The notes under the pieces are model-generated. The model made no database searches, was not told where the DNA came from, and saw only the letters and a list, made by a program, of their open reading frames with translations. This document shows, in pieces, positions 8,085 through 17,397 of a stretch of DNA of 50,089 nucleotides (within the stretch, counting starts at the first letter, position 1; each line of letters starts with the position of its first letter). Source of the stretch: a virus (lineage: Duplodnaviria; Caudoviricetes); IMG/VR virus record IMGVR_UViG_3300029183_000007, positions 1 through 50,089 of that record. One strand, written 5' to 3'. The translations under genes were made by a program, and so were the position numbers.

Positions 8085-8478
8085 ACCGACCCCCAAGAGG
8101 CCGAAGAATGGACGAATCACTGGCGAGTTTTTGTACTCGTTCGTCGGTTCGCATGCGGGCTACGAGTGCGAGAAGTGCGGAGCCAAGGACGTCCGGCTTT
8201 ACCGGAAGATGAGGCACACAGACTTGCGGTGTCGCTGGTGTGTGGCTTCAGACATCGCTGAGGCAGGGATGGGGAACACGCGAGCGGTGACCCAGGAGAA
8301 CAACAACGACTACAAGATTTTGGGGAGCTACTTGGCCGCGATTCCGACCGAGGACGGAGTCCACTGTCTGACCGAGGGGGATATACGCCAGCTGGATGCG
8401 GCTGCTTTGATTTGGTGGCTGAGGTTTCCATACAAAACAGACAAACCACCCAAAGCGAGTGGTTCACCTGCTGACTGA
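8077..8478 (+). CDS. Zn-finger protein (CxxC...CxxC)
   Basis: CEKC and CRWC; AGGAG RBS. Confidence 0.7.
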   Translation: MVRPTPKRPKNGRITGEFLYSFVGSHAGYECEKCGAKDVRLYRKMRHTDLRCRWCVASDIAEAGMGNTRAVTQENNNDYKILGSYLAAIPTEDGVHCLTEGDIRQLDAAALIWWLRFPYKTDKPPKASGSPAD

Positions 8479-8547
8479 GTTTGCATCCCTCTACATAAGC
8501 TATACGTAGAAAAGAACCACTTTGGGACGGAAAAATACGATTTTTCC

Positions 8548-8579
8548 AAAAAAAAGCGGGGTGCGGGGTAGCACCCCGC
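8548..8579 (-). terminator. GC hairpin with an A-tract on its left (minus-strand terminator-like)
   Basis: A8, then gcggggtgc-ggggta-gcaccccgc. Confidence 0.45.
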
Positions 8580-8639
8580 CCATTTCGAGAACCGCTATCC
8601 CCAATAACGGCGGGGTCATCGTAACACGGAGAAGAAATT

Positions 8640-9833
8640 TTGCAATTCTTTTATGCCAGTTTGGGACAGCCCTGTCCGATCTGCTCGCGTGAGGATGAGT
8701 GTCGTTGGCAAAGTGAGGAACCGTACATTGTGTACTGCCATACACTACGCAACGGGGAGGTGGCCGAGGGGTACAAATTCCTTCGCATTTGGGGCAAATC
8801 TGGCGTACATGGGGTTTACAGACCTCATGCTCCGAATGAAACCGAGAACGTGCGTCCTGATCCATCCTCACGCCCGCAAACGCTACGTGACTTGTTGTCT
8901 GGAATAGAAGATGATGAGATTGAGCGGAGAGAGGCTAAGGCCAAAGCTGAAATAAAGCGTGCAAAACGCCTAAAGGCTCTAAGCCCTACAAACGATGTAG
9001 CTGGGTTCGATCTGTTTGAAGTGGGTAGGGAAAGGGACACAGATGAAGAAAAGTTGGTTCGCGCTCTTGACATTACCGAGCAAGACACGCATACTTTCCG
9101 AATCCGCTGTTCCAGGCAGTGTCCCGTAGGATCCAACCGGAACCAACTGTGCATTGTCCTGCCCGTCCATCGGTTGCACGAGGGGAAGACATTCTACCAG
9201 CTGCAATTCACCGACCGGACGAAGAAGAACGTGGGAGGCGATGGCCTCTTTGTGCCGCACATGCTGTTTGACGACGCTGGCAAAACACTCAATCTGGTTA
9301 GCCGCTTGGGTGTCTTCATCCCCGAAGGGTTCAGCGACACGAAAACGATTGTGAGGCATGGAGGGTTCGCCGTTGGAAGGCCATCAAACGTCGGTGGTCT
9401 TGAATCACTCGTAAAATTGGATCACATGCTGGCGGACATGGGGAGCAATCACCCGTTCTACCTGGTGGCCGACAACGACATTAGTGGGCCACTGAATCCC
9501 GGTTGGATGGGAGCCTACCAAACCGCTCTGGCACTGATTCATCGTATACAAAGGGCTGTTTTCGTACTGCACATCCCCGTCCAATACGAGGATGTCGATA
9601 GCTGGCGAAAGCAGGCAATGGACAACGCGTCAATCTCCTTTGGGATATGTCCACTGATGGCCATAGCCAAACGGGACTTTACATCTGTACATCACATGCA
9701 CTTCGCAAACCAAACCATTAACCGTGAGATCAGCAAGGGATTTGTCGTCCGTGCTACCATGCGTGGATGGTTCAAGGGCTTTTGCAAAGCTGCTGGATTG
9801 CTAGACGAAAGTTTAGTAGTGTACAAAGGTTAG
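8640..9833 (+). CDS. DnaG-type primase-like protein (Zn-binding domain plus Toprim)
   Basis: CPIC...C...CH at the N-terminus; Toprim motifs IPEGFSD, GRPS, LVADND, EDVDSW. Confidence 0.8.
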   Translation: MQFFYASLGQPCPICSREDECRWQSEEPYIVYCHTLRNGEVAEGYKFLRIWGKSGVHGVYRPHAPNETENVRPDPSSRPQTLRDLLSGIEDDEIERREAKAKAEIKRAKRLKALSPTNDVAGFDLFEVGRERDTDEEKLVRALDITEQDTHTFRIRCSRQCPVGSNRNQLCIVLPVHRLHEGKTFYQLQFTDRTKKNVGGDGLFVPHMLFDDAGKTLNLVSRLGVFIPEGFSDTKTIVRHGGFAVGRPSNVGGLESLVKLDHMLADMGSNHPFYLVADNDISGPLNPGWMGAYQTALALIHRIQRAVFVLHIPVQYEDVDSWRKQAMDNASISFGICPLMAIAKRDFTSVHHMHFANQTINREISKGFVVRATMRGWFKGFCKAAGLLDESLVVYKG

Positions 9834-9940
9834 CGTATTGATTATGTCACCGACCTGTAAAATCGGCGTTTGTAGCTGGTTTTTGAAGGGTTGAGACTGC
9901 AAGGACGTGGAGCTGAAGACAAAAAAATAGAGCCGTTAAG

Positions 9941-11233
9941 GTGCGACAACACCCGGCTCTAAATTTGTTTCGTTGGCACGAAAGCATGAAAGAAATGTTA
10001 CAGCCAAACCCAACCAAGTCAAGTTCAACTCTCGAAAATCTTTCCAATTATTCTCGCGGGACGTTCCTGTCATCCGACGAGTGGAACCACATCCGGTCGA
10101 TTGAGAAGGCCAGCTACTGCGGTCGCGTGGCCACCATGTTCCGCGAAGCCAAGGGCTCGCCACTGGCCGAAGCTGAGGCGCTCGAGGATTCGATGGTGGT
10201 CGGATACCTACGTTGCCGCGGTTGGCACTGTCCGCGTTGCCGTGAAATCAACAAGCGATACGCTAAGCATGATTTCGCGGTTGTGAGCGACAAGCTGCAA
10301 ACGCGGGACGAGCAACCAGTTACGCAGTTCTACTATGGCGTGGTCGATACCGGGTACGCCCACCAATGTGCCAACTCCATTGGCCGAAAAGGTGGCTCAT
10401 TTGCACGCGTGAGGATGACTCAGGGCTACGATGAGAGTGGCCTGAACCTCGCTGAACACCAGGTCTTTTTCCTCTCTGACAAGCCCATTCCACGCTGTGA
10501 TGGCACGCCCATCAGCCGCAAAGAAGCGGTCGAAAAGTACCACGGTGCCGTGGATCAGATCCAGTCTGGAGCCGAGGGGGAGGCACTCATAACTTTTTCC
10601 AAGAATTGGCAAAAAAACTTCCTCATCGAGCGCGAGAAAGAAGAGCGAGGACACGATTGCTTCGACGACGTGGAGCAAAACTACGAAGTATTCCATCTGA
10701 AGGGGCGTACACCATACGACATTGCTGAGATGGTCAACGTGTTGGGTGGTATCGATGGTATCGATGTGTCTGGTGAGCGAAAAAGCCGTCATCGCGGGGA
10801 CTATTACCACGTAGATGATAGTGAACAGATTGAGAGCCCCATTCTGAAATTCAAGGTGCGGGAACACCTCCGCGAGCGAACGAGCAAGGAGGACGTCCGC
10901 CAAATGCGGATGAACATCATGGGACACATCGACAACCTGCTGAACACGTGTGACCCCAGCATACTGCCCGAAGACGGTAAACTACACCTGCACAAACCCG
11001 CAGAACTGGACTTCACAGACACAATGTTCCGCCCCGTCGCTTACCGTACTGTTGAATATATTCAGCTCAAGGAGGATGAGGAGCAACAAGAGTACCTCGA
11101 CCACATGAAAAAGGTGCGTGAAGAGGTCATTGAACAGGGCATGAAACCCAAATCAGCCAAGCGGAAGGCATTCCAGGAGCGACTCAACAACGTCTTGAGG
11201 CAATTTCTTGACCCCAAACCCGCTCTTATCTAG
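9941..11233 (+). CDS. Zn-finger protein, possible replication initiator
   Basis: YCG...RCRGWHCPRC; lies directly after the primase; start uncertain. Confidence 0.5.
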   Translation: MRQHPALNLFRWHESMKEMLQPNPTKSSSTLENLSNYSRGTFLSSDEWNHIRSIEKASYCGRVATMFREAKGSPLAEAEALEDSMVVGYLRCRGWHCPRCREINKRYAKHDFAVVSDKLQTRDEQPVTQFYYGVVDTGYAHQCANSIGRKGGSFARVRMTQGYDESGLNLAEHQVFFLSDKPIPRCDGTPISRKEAVEKYHGAVDQIQSGAEGEALITFSKNWQKNFLIEREKEERGHDCFDDVEQNYEVFHLKGRTPYDIAEMVNVLGGIDGIDVSGERKSRHRGDYYHVDDSEQIESPILKFKVREHLRERTSKEDVRQMRMNIMGHIDNLLNTCDPSILPEDGKLHLHKPAELDFTDTMFRPVAYRTVEYIQLKEDEEQQEYLDHMKKVREEVIEQGMKPKSAKRKAFQERLNNVLRQFLDPKPALI

Positions 11234-11385
11234 CCATCCACGGACAAAAATGAGACACTAGCGCTCGAGGTACGCGCACTGATCGAGCATTGATAGCACA
11301 TGTACACCGAATCGCAACGAATCACACGTTGTTTCGACCTGGCGGTCTCACAACGTAAACCACTAGTTTCCTGGAGGAATCACAA

Positions 11386-11808
11386 ATGTACACTGCCACA
11401 ATGATTGCGTTCTGGATCGTCATGGCCATTGGCATCTTCAACTTCTTCTTTTCGATGATCTGGATTTACAATCTGTTCATCGTTCGCAACCACGCGTTCT
11501 ACAAGATGGCTACTGCAGAAGAGATTGACCAGATGGTGAGTCCAATCGAGTCTGGCGTGGAATCGATTCGAGCTGACCTGTCCGACGACTTGCGAGAGGC
11601 ACGTGCGACGGTTCAAAACCTGGTGGACGAACGCGCCGTCCTCAGGAGCGAGCTGAGGCAATCCCAGGATGAAGTCCAGCGGTTGCAGAAGATCATGTAC
11701 ACACCCAAGGGACTCGAAGGGTGGCGGTCGGGGGCGTTCGGGAGTGAGGCGAAGAACTTGGCCATACCGGACAGTCCGGACAGTCCGGACAAAGGGATAA
11801 AAAGCTAA
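11386..11808 (+). CDS. Membrane protein with coiled coil
   Basis: N-terminal TM helix, heptad pattern, GGAGG RBS. Confidence 0.75.
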   Translation: MYTATMIAFWIVMAIGIFNFFFSMIWIYNLFIVRNHAFYKMATAEEIDQMVSPIESGVESIRADLSDDLREARATVQNLVDERAVLRSELRQSQDEVQRLQKIMYTPKGLEGWRSGAFGSEAKNLAIPDSPDSPDKGIKS

Positions 11809-11816
11809 AAAGATAC

Positions 11817-11845
11817 TTGCACACCCAACCCAGGTGATGTAGAGT
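11817..11845 (+). promoter_or_regulatory. Sigma70-like promoter
   Basis: TTGCAC-17 nt-TAGAGT just upstream of an AAGGAGGT RBS. Confidence 0.5.
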
Positions 11846-11864
11846 AAATCGAAAGGAGGTGACC

Positions 11865-12971
11865 ATGAGTGACCGCGGACAGCAGGAAATCGACCGATTA
11901 CAAAAGCAGGTTTACAAACGAGTCATGGCCAATCGCAAGTACGATCCTGACCAAGAGCGTCGGCTGAGCTTCCTGAGAGAGACGCATCAAAACTACGTGT
12001 CTGACATGGGAGAGCAGGCTAAAGCTCCGTTTTGGGGTTTCTACCAGAATGCTCCCATCCCCTACCTGTTCGACTCTAAGGAAGATCGAGCCGAAGCCTA
12101 TGGGTCGTGGAGATTGTCTTACCTCAAGTGCATGGAACGGTTTGAAAGTGGCGTTTCCCCGCACTCGGTGGGTACGGGATCGAATCATTTCGGCCTGGGG
12201 TTTGACACCCAATGTCGAATTATGAGCTGTTTACTGCTAGCCCTGATGCGAGAGCTGGACTTCGTAGAGGATGAAGTGGCCAATATGATCAGTCGCAAGA
12301 TGGGTTTTCTGGATGCCGACCGCATCATGCAGGGAAGGCCGATAGCGGACTATTCTATGATCCACGTCCATCGGGCGAACGTGATGGAGAAGAAAGTTTA
12401 CACCCCTGATCAAGTTTACCCGACTTCGCGTGCGTCGGCTGTTGTCATTCCTGGGATCATCAAGTACGGCCAAGATTCCATCGTCTGTTACGTCCCCGTT
12501 GAGTCAGAATTGACCAAGAAAGAGGACGCTAGGCTTGCGAACCTCTTGACGGACATGACGATATTTGTGTGCCACGCTGGCTCGCGTATGACGTTCGATG
12601 TCATGCTTACCAGTCTAGCCAGCTTCACCTATGTCAACGTCCACGAATGCACTTACGCTGAGGAGATTATCCGCGCGACTGGTGGCAAGAGTCTGTTCAG
12701 CTACGTCTTGGACAGGATCATCGACAACAATGGGTTTTGGTCATACATGGGTGGTTCGGAGTTCCGCAAGCCGGTTTGCAACGAACGAACGATACCCTTA
12801 GCCAAGGCGATTTGGGACGGTGAGGACGACTGGTTCGCTCTGCACGATGCACTGGCCGAGGAGTCGGACAACGCTGTTCTCATGGCTTTAGCCGCTGGCC
12901 ACGTCAAGAGTCCACGAACAAGCTGGCTGATACGGGAACTGATCTTGGGAGATAGTGATGGGCAAGGTTAG
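11865..12971 (+). CDS. Hypothetical protein with a C-terminal Gemmataceae-type helical domain
   Basis: C-terminus LAKAIWDGEDDWFALHDALAEE...HVKSPRTSWLIRELILG, paralogous to the next gene. Confidence 0.75.
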   Translation: MSDRGQQEIDRLQKQVYKRVMANRKYDPDQERRLSFLRETHQNYVSDMGEQAKAPFWGFYQNAPIPYLFDSKEDRAEAYGSWRLSYLKCMERFESGVSPHSVGTGSNHFGLGFDTQCRIMSCLLLALMRELDFVEDEVANMISRKMGFLDADRIMQGRPIADYSMIHVHRANVMEKKVYTPDQVYPTSRASAVVIPGIIKYGQDSIVCYVPVESELTKKEDARLANLLTDMTIFVCHAGSRMTFDVMLTSLASFTYVNVHECTYAEEIIRATGGKSLFSYVLDRIIDNNGFWSYMGGSEFRKPVCNERTIPLAKAIWDGEDDWFALHDALAEESDNAVLMALAAGHVKSPRTSWLIRELILGDSDGQG

Positions 12972-14031
12972 CGTTGAAGAAATGCTGGGCAAGTTGGACT
13001 ATCTCAACCAGAAGAACCTGGAGAGAAAGTACGGCACGGACGCAGAAAAAGAGCAGGGGCTTTGTGAGTCGCTGTCCATGCTGGCCAATTTGGACGAGTG
13101 GATGAGCGAACGTTTCGAGACTGACCCCATACCCCATCTGACCAAGTGGATGCCTCATCCCTACTGGAGTCCGGCGAAGAAGAGCTACGTAGGCTACACC
13201 GAGTGGGCAGAGATGATCAGCATTTATCTGAATGGTCGTTGGGGAAATGGTCTTAGAAATCTTAGAAACATGGCAGATGATGGCTACTGTGGGACACTTC
13301 CACGGATGTTCCAGCTTACCGTGCCACAAGTTCAATTCGTGCTGGGTGAAACGCTCTGGCGCAACATGGACAAGTATGTGTGGTTCTCAGACTCTTGCGT
13401 CAGTCGCATCAGGCGATGGAATAAGAAGCGTGGCGTTACCCCTGACCGGACAGTCCCGCAATCGTTCAAGGTGAAATTCAAGTATCGAAATGACAGTATC
13501 GAGCAATTGCCCCATCTGGAGATGGACGAACACATTCTGGAATTCTCCCCGTGGACAATGCACGTTCCGGAGAGTTACGAACTAACCAAGCCGGGCTATA
13601 GTGCTTTAGCCACTTCCGGACTGATTAACATTTGGGCGGATGAGCGAAGGCCAACGACGATGGCCGAGGCTTGGGGCTATCTGTTCAATCGACGCATTCC
13701 GGAGGGTTCTTGGTCAAAGCTAGACGACGAATACCAAGAAACGCTCTGGACGGACTACAGTCAGAACCTTTGGCGCTATTTTGTGTCTGGTCTGTTGTGT
13801 GCGTCCAAGCATTGCCACCTTGGGGAAAACCAGTTTGACGAGAGTCTGCGAACGACGAACACAAAACACATCGCACGAGCCATCCTGAACGGACACAACG
13901 ACTGGTTCGCCTTGCATGATGCGCTGGCTGAAGAAACCGACGATGTACGCTACCTGAGCCACTGCCGGTCGGGTATGTTTCACTATCCCCAATCCTGCTG
14001 GCTGCTGTCAGCACTGACTATGGAGGACTGA
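12955..14031 (+). CDS. Hypothetical protein with a C-terminal Gemmataceae-type helical domain
   Basis: C-terminus IARAILNGHNDWFALHDALAEE...LSHCRSGMFHYPQSCWLLSAL. Confidence 0.75.
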   Translation: MMGKVSVEEMLGKLDYLNQKNLERKYGTDAEKEQGLCESLSMLANLDEWMSERFETDPIPHLTKWMPHPYWSPAKKSYVGYTEWAEMISIYLNGRWGNGLRNLRNMADDGYCGTLPRMFQLTVPQVQFVLGETLWRNMDKYVWFSDSCVSRIRRWNKKRGVTPDRTVPQSFKVKFKYRNDSIEQLPHLEMDEHILEFSPWTMHVPESYELTKPGYSALATSGLINIWADERRPTTMAEAWGYLFNRRIPEGSWSKLDDEYQETLWTDYSQNLWRYFVSGLLCASKHCHLGENQFDESLRTTNTKHIARAILNGHNDWFALHDALAEETDDVRYLSHCRSGMFHYPQSCWLLSALTMED

Positions 14032-14568
14032 ATGTCTGGAATCCGAGTGAAGCGGAAGATTGAGAACCCCGAAACGTTTCCTATCACTGATGCTGAGATG
14101 GAAGGGGACGACGTCCTTATCCCGATGGGCTGTTTGGCCATGCCTGGGAACATCATGTTCGAGCGGCCAGCTTGGACAACGAAGTGCTTCGGGATGCTCG
14201 AATTCGCACCGATCGAGGTGGAACGGATTTGGGGCGGATTGGGTGAGACGCCCGTTAAAACCGTCCAGGAAGAAGAGGATACGCCGGTCTTGATCGTCTC
14301 TGGCCTATCGCCCTACTTCGATCTCATTTCGATGTTCGAGGGCATGAGCGGGAAAATCAAGATTCCTTCCTACATTTTCCGGCCAAACAGGATGGAGGAA
14401 GAGTTAGCCTACGACCCGGACAGCTTCGACGACATCATTGTCTATCGCCAGGACGAAATGACCGACCAAGAACGAGAGCATTTTTCGTACCTTTCAACCA
14501 AGCAAAGTAAACACCTAGACAGGAGCAAGCCGAATGAGCGCCGTTTTAAGTCAAGAAGAAACCGTTGA
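14032..14568 (+). CDS. Hypothetical protein
   Basis: 178-aa ORF, GGAGG RBS, abuts the upstream stop. Confidence 0.75.
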   Translation: MSGIRVKRKIENPETFPITDAEMEGDDVLIPMGCLAMPGNIMFERPAWTTKCFGMLEFAPIEVERIWGGLGETPVKTVQEEEDTPVLIVSGLSPYFDLISMFEGMSGKIKIPSYIFRPNRMEEELAYDPDSFDDIIVYRQDEMTDQEREHFSYLSTKQSKHLDRSKPNERRFKSRRNR

Positions 14569-14842
14569 GCTGATCAGGCACATTGGCGAAAAACAAGAAC
14601 CAGTGTGGATTCAGCACGGACGTAAGGAATATCGGGTTATGTCCGCCGTGCCAGCTGGTGCAAAATTGCTGTGCAATTGCTGCGGGCGTTTATCTGACCA
14701 CACAAATGACGTACAATTTGTAGTGGTGGACGAACGCGACTTGCCACAAGACGACTGGCCGGACGATCTTGACGAGATGGCCATGAATGGGGACTGTGAG
14801 GTTTCTGAATTCGATTTGGGAGAGCTAGATGACATTGATTAA
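14534..14842 (+). CDS. Hypothetical acidic protein with CNCC motif
   Basis: 102-aa ORF, AGGAG RBS. Confidence 0.65.
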   Translation: MSAVLSQEETVELIRHIGEKQEPVWIQHGRKEYRVMSAVPAGAKLLCNCCGRLSDHTNDVQFVVVDERDLPQDDWPDDLDEMAMNGDCEVSEFDLGELDDID

Positions 14843-16271
14843 ACAGATGCAGACGTGGACAGAGCAACTGGACGGACTTGACCCCATAGTGAGGCTTATC
14901 TTGACCGTGACACCTTGGGTACTGTTCATTCTGATTGCCATTGGGGACATCCTGGGGCGAAGAAAGCTCAAGGCTCAGATTGACCATCAGCGGTCTTTAA
15001 GCGACGATCTGCGAAATGCGATGAGCCTCATGGGAGAGGAGAAACGCCAGGCAGTGGCTGCACTCAAGGAGCGGGATAAGGAAGTGAAGAACCTGGAGTC
15101 CGCTAGCGTGCAGGCAGGGGATGTTATCGCCGAACTCAAGGTGGAACGTGAGGTTTTGGCCAAAGAAAAGAGGGAGCTATCAGAGCAATTAGGCCATAGC
15201 CGTCGGCACGTGGATGACCGAGCCAGAATGGTTGACCGGCTGACATGCGACATCAGGGATTTGAAGAAAGACCTAGAACGTGAGCAGCGAAAGCAAGAGC
15301 AACTGGATTCACAACGGCCAGTAGGCGAACGTTCGGACGCTGGCGAAACTATCACAGAGCTGCAACGCCAGGTCAAATCGCTGGAAGATCAGTTGGCCGG
15401 AGCCAAGCATAACATCAAGACGCTTATGTCGGAGTTGGGCAACGTGGCCGAGCGAGCGAACAAGCTGGAGTCGGAAAAGAACACGTTCTCCAACAGTAGC
15501 AAGCATTGGCATGATCAGTTCCACACAGCAGACTCCGCGCGTCGCAACCTGGCCGAGGACAAGCGTATGCTGGAGAACAAGCTGAACGCATCTGAGAAAG
15601 GATACGACGAGCTGTGCGGCAAGTACAATTCAGCCATGCACGAGCTGACGCAGTTCAAAGAACAAGGTCAGGGCTGTCACAATTGCCCAAGGCTTGCAGG
15701 GGAGTCCAACAAATACTACGACCGACTCAAGAAAGCCGAAGCCCGCATCGAAGAGCTGGAGCAAGACATCAAGGCACACGAAGCCGATGGGGAGCGAGTG
15801 GGATGGCAAGCCGACAGAATTAGAGAGTACGAGAAGGTAGTAGAAGACCTTCGCCAGCAATGCGATAGTCTGCGGGCGTCTTGGTCTGAGGTCAAGAACG
15901 AAGCCTACAGGCGAGGAGAGAAAATTGAGGAGCTGGAGGAGGAACTTTCCAAAGAACGTGAGGAAAGGGCTAAAGCTGACCAGCTGTGGAGTCCGAAGAA
16001 AACCAATAGTGAGGAGATAACCTACTCCGGTGACTTCGCACTGCCAATCATGGACGAAATTCACCAGCGGAGCATCAAGGCGAAAGATGCGATTGACCGA
16101 CTAGCCAAAGCACAGGCCGAACGCGACGACCTCAAAAAACAAGTGGCCACCCTCAGCCAAGCTGTCAAAGACTGGAAGAGCAAATACGACAAAGTCAGCA
16201 CCAACTGGCAAACTGTGGTTGACGCGATGGACAATAATGGTTTTGACGTGACCCCCCGATGCGACTCCTGA
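14829..16271 (+). CDS. Membrane-anchored long coiled-coil protein
   Basis: N-terminal TM helix, then more than 400 aa of heptad-rich sequence with an internal CHNC. Confidence 0.8.
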   Translation: MTLIKQMQTWTEQLDGLDPIVRLILTVTPWVLFILIAIGDILGRRKLKAQIDHQRSLSDDLRNAMSLMGEEKRQAVAALKERDKEVKNLESASVQAGDVIAELKVEREVLAKEKRELSEQLGHSRRHVDDRARMVDRLTCDIRDLKKDLEREQRKQEQLDSQRPVGERSDAGETITELQRQVKSLEDQLAGAKHNIKTLMSELGNVAERANKLESEKNTFSNSSKHWHDQFHTADSARRNLAEDKRMLENKLNASEKGYDELCGKYNSAMHELTQFKEQGQGCHNCPRLAGESNKYYDRLKKAEARIEELEQDIKAHEADGERVGWQADRIREYEKVVEDLRQQCDSLRASWSEVKNEAYRRGEKIEELEEELSKEREERAKADQLWSPKKTNSEEITYSGDFALPIMDEIHQRSIKAKDAIDRLAKAQAERDDLKKQVATLSQAVKDWKSKYDKVSTNWQTVVDAMDNNGFDVTPRCDS

Positions 16272-16349
16272 GCCTGGAGTATAACTAGGCTCTAGACTCC
16301 TGTTTGAGTGGCTAGCCGGTTTGTGGTGGACTGGCTGCCTGTTGGCTAG

Positions 16350-16384
16350 CTCCGGTGGGCCTGTTTCCTCCCTCCGGAGTTTTT
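16350..16384 (+). terminator. Intrinsic terminator-like hairpin
   Basis: ctccgg...ccggag followed by TTTTT. Confidence 0.55.
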
Positions 16385-16505
16385 ATCCCTAGCGTGTATT
16401 GTGGCGTTACGCCATGAAGCGAATTTTGCCTGGCAAGAACAACTGCCAGCGAACACCCCGCGAGCAGGCTCGCTAATCGCTGATAGTAAGGAGCAGTAGG
16501 GATAA
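16383..16505 (+). promoter_or_regulatory. Structured leader closed by a 9-bp helix that reaches the start codon
   Basis: TTATCCCTA (16383-16391) is the perfect complement of TAGGGATAA (16497-16505); three internal hairpins. Confidence 0.5.
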
Positions 16506-16717
16506 TGCCGTATACGCACTCATCTGACAACAATGTTTACATCCCGAACATACAGGCAACCGAGGGAATAACTGTCAGCTTTATGAGACATTGGAGCTGG
16601 CATCAGTTCGCTAGGCTCTACGCTGGCCGCGGGCTGTCCTGGAAGAAGTTGTCGGAAGAGTACAAAGAGTATAGGGAGAACTTGGCCAAAGCAACCACTG
16701 TGAGTATTGATGACTAG
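16505..16717 (+). CDS. Small hypothetical protein
   Basis: 70-aa ORF with a purine-rich RBS. Confidence 0.65.
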   Translation: MPYTHSSDNNVYIPNIQATEGITVSFMRHWSWHQFARLYAGRGLSWKKLSEEYKEYRENLAKATTVSIDD

Positions 16718-16795
16718 ACTGGCCTGTTACGCCGCAGGTTGGTTAGGGAGTAGGTTGTTACTGGCCACCTACTCCCGCTTTCGCATGAGGGGAAT

Positions 16796-17146
16796 ATGTC
16801 ACACATCGACGAGAACAAGGCCAGTCCGCTACTGGACAGGCTCGGAACCATCGCGCTAGAATGGGATCAGATACGACGCTACCCGGATAACGCAGCCACC
16901 ATTCTAGCGATGATTCATTTTGTCCCTTTGGACATCCAAATCACCCAGGCCACCAAGGACAACCCGCAGCAAGTCTTGTACACTGGCTACAGCCCGGAAT
17001 TCGAGTTTCGCAAAGTAGATCGGGAAAAGGTTGTCACCTTCAACACCAAGACCGTCCCGTACTATATCCTCAACGTCTTCATGTCCGAGATTGGAACCGT
17101 AGACAAAGTCATCGTAGAAAGAGACAAGAGCCGAAATGCCTTTTGA
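16796..17146 (+). CDS. Hypothetical protein
   Basis: 116-aa ORF, GAGGGGG RBS. Confidence 0.75.
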   Translation: MSHIDENKASPLLDRLGTIALEWDQIRRYPDNAATILAMIHFVPLDIQITQATKDNPQQVLYTGYSPEFEFRKVDREKVVTFNTKTVPYYILNVFMSEIGTVDKVIVERDKSRNAF

Positions 17147-17393
17147 AAAACCCCAAGAATTTGACATCAACGAGCTGGACGACACCCCGATTATGTTCGG
17201 CCACCTCGCGGGAAAAACCTTTGGCCAGTGTTCTATGCGGGAGTTGGAACGCATGGCCGATGAGTTGCAGGGACTGAACCCGGACTTTAGGATGAAGCTG
17301 GAAGCGTATCTGTCAGACCGAGCCAATCAGAAAGAGTTAGAAAATGAACTTGAACGGGAAAGCGACGACACAGCTTGGTTCGCCGACGATTAA
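17136..17393 (+). CDS. Small protein resembling the DUF3820/QSregVF_b (FGKxxGK) domain
   Basis: PIMFGHLAGKTFGQC...L pattern. Confidence 0.5.
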   Translation: MPFEKPQEFDINELDDTPIMFGHLAGKTFGQCSMRELERMADELQGLNPDFRMKLEAYLSDRANQKELENELERESDDTAWFADD

Positions 17394-17397
17394 ACCG

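Noticed and set aside
9648-9663. Operator-like TGTCC-ACTGAT-GGCCA inside the primase gene
   Set aside because: Imperfect, intragenic and not near a recognisable promoter; may be chance
11767-11791. Tandem ccggacagt repeats
   Set aside because: Short in-frame PDS-PDS-PDK repeat at a protein C-terminus; not a CRISPR array or iteron set
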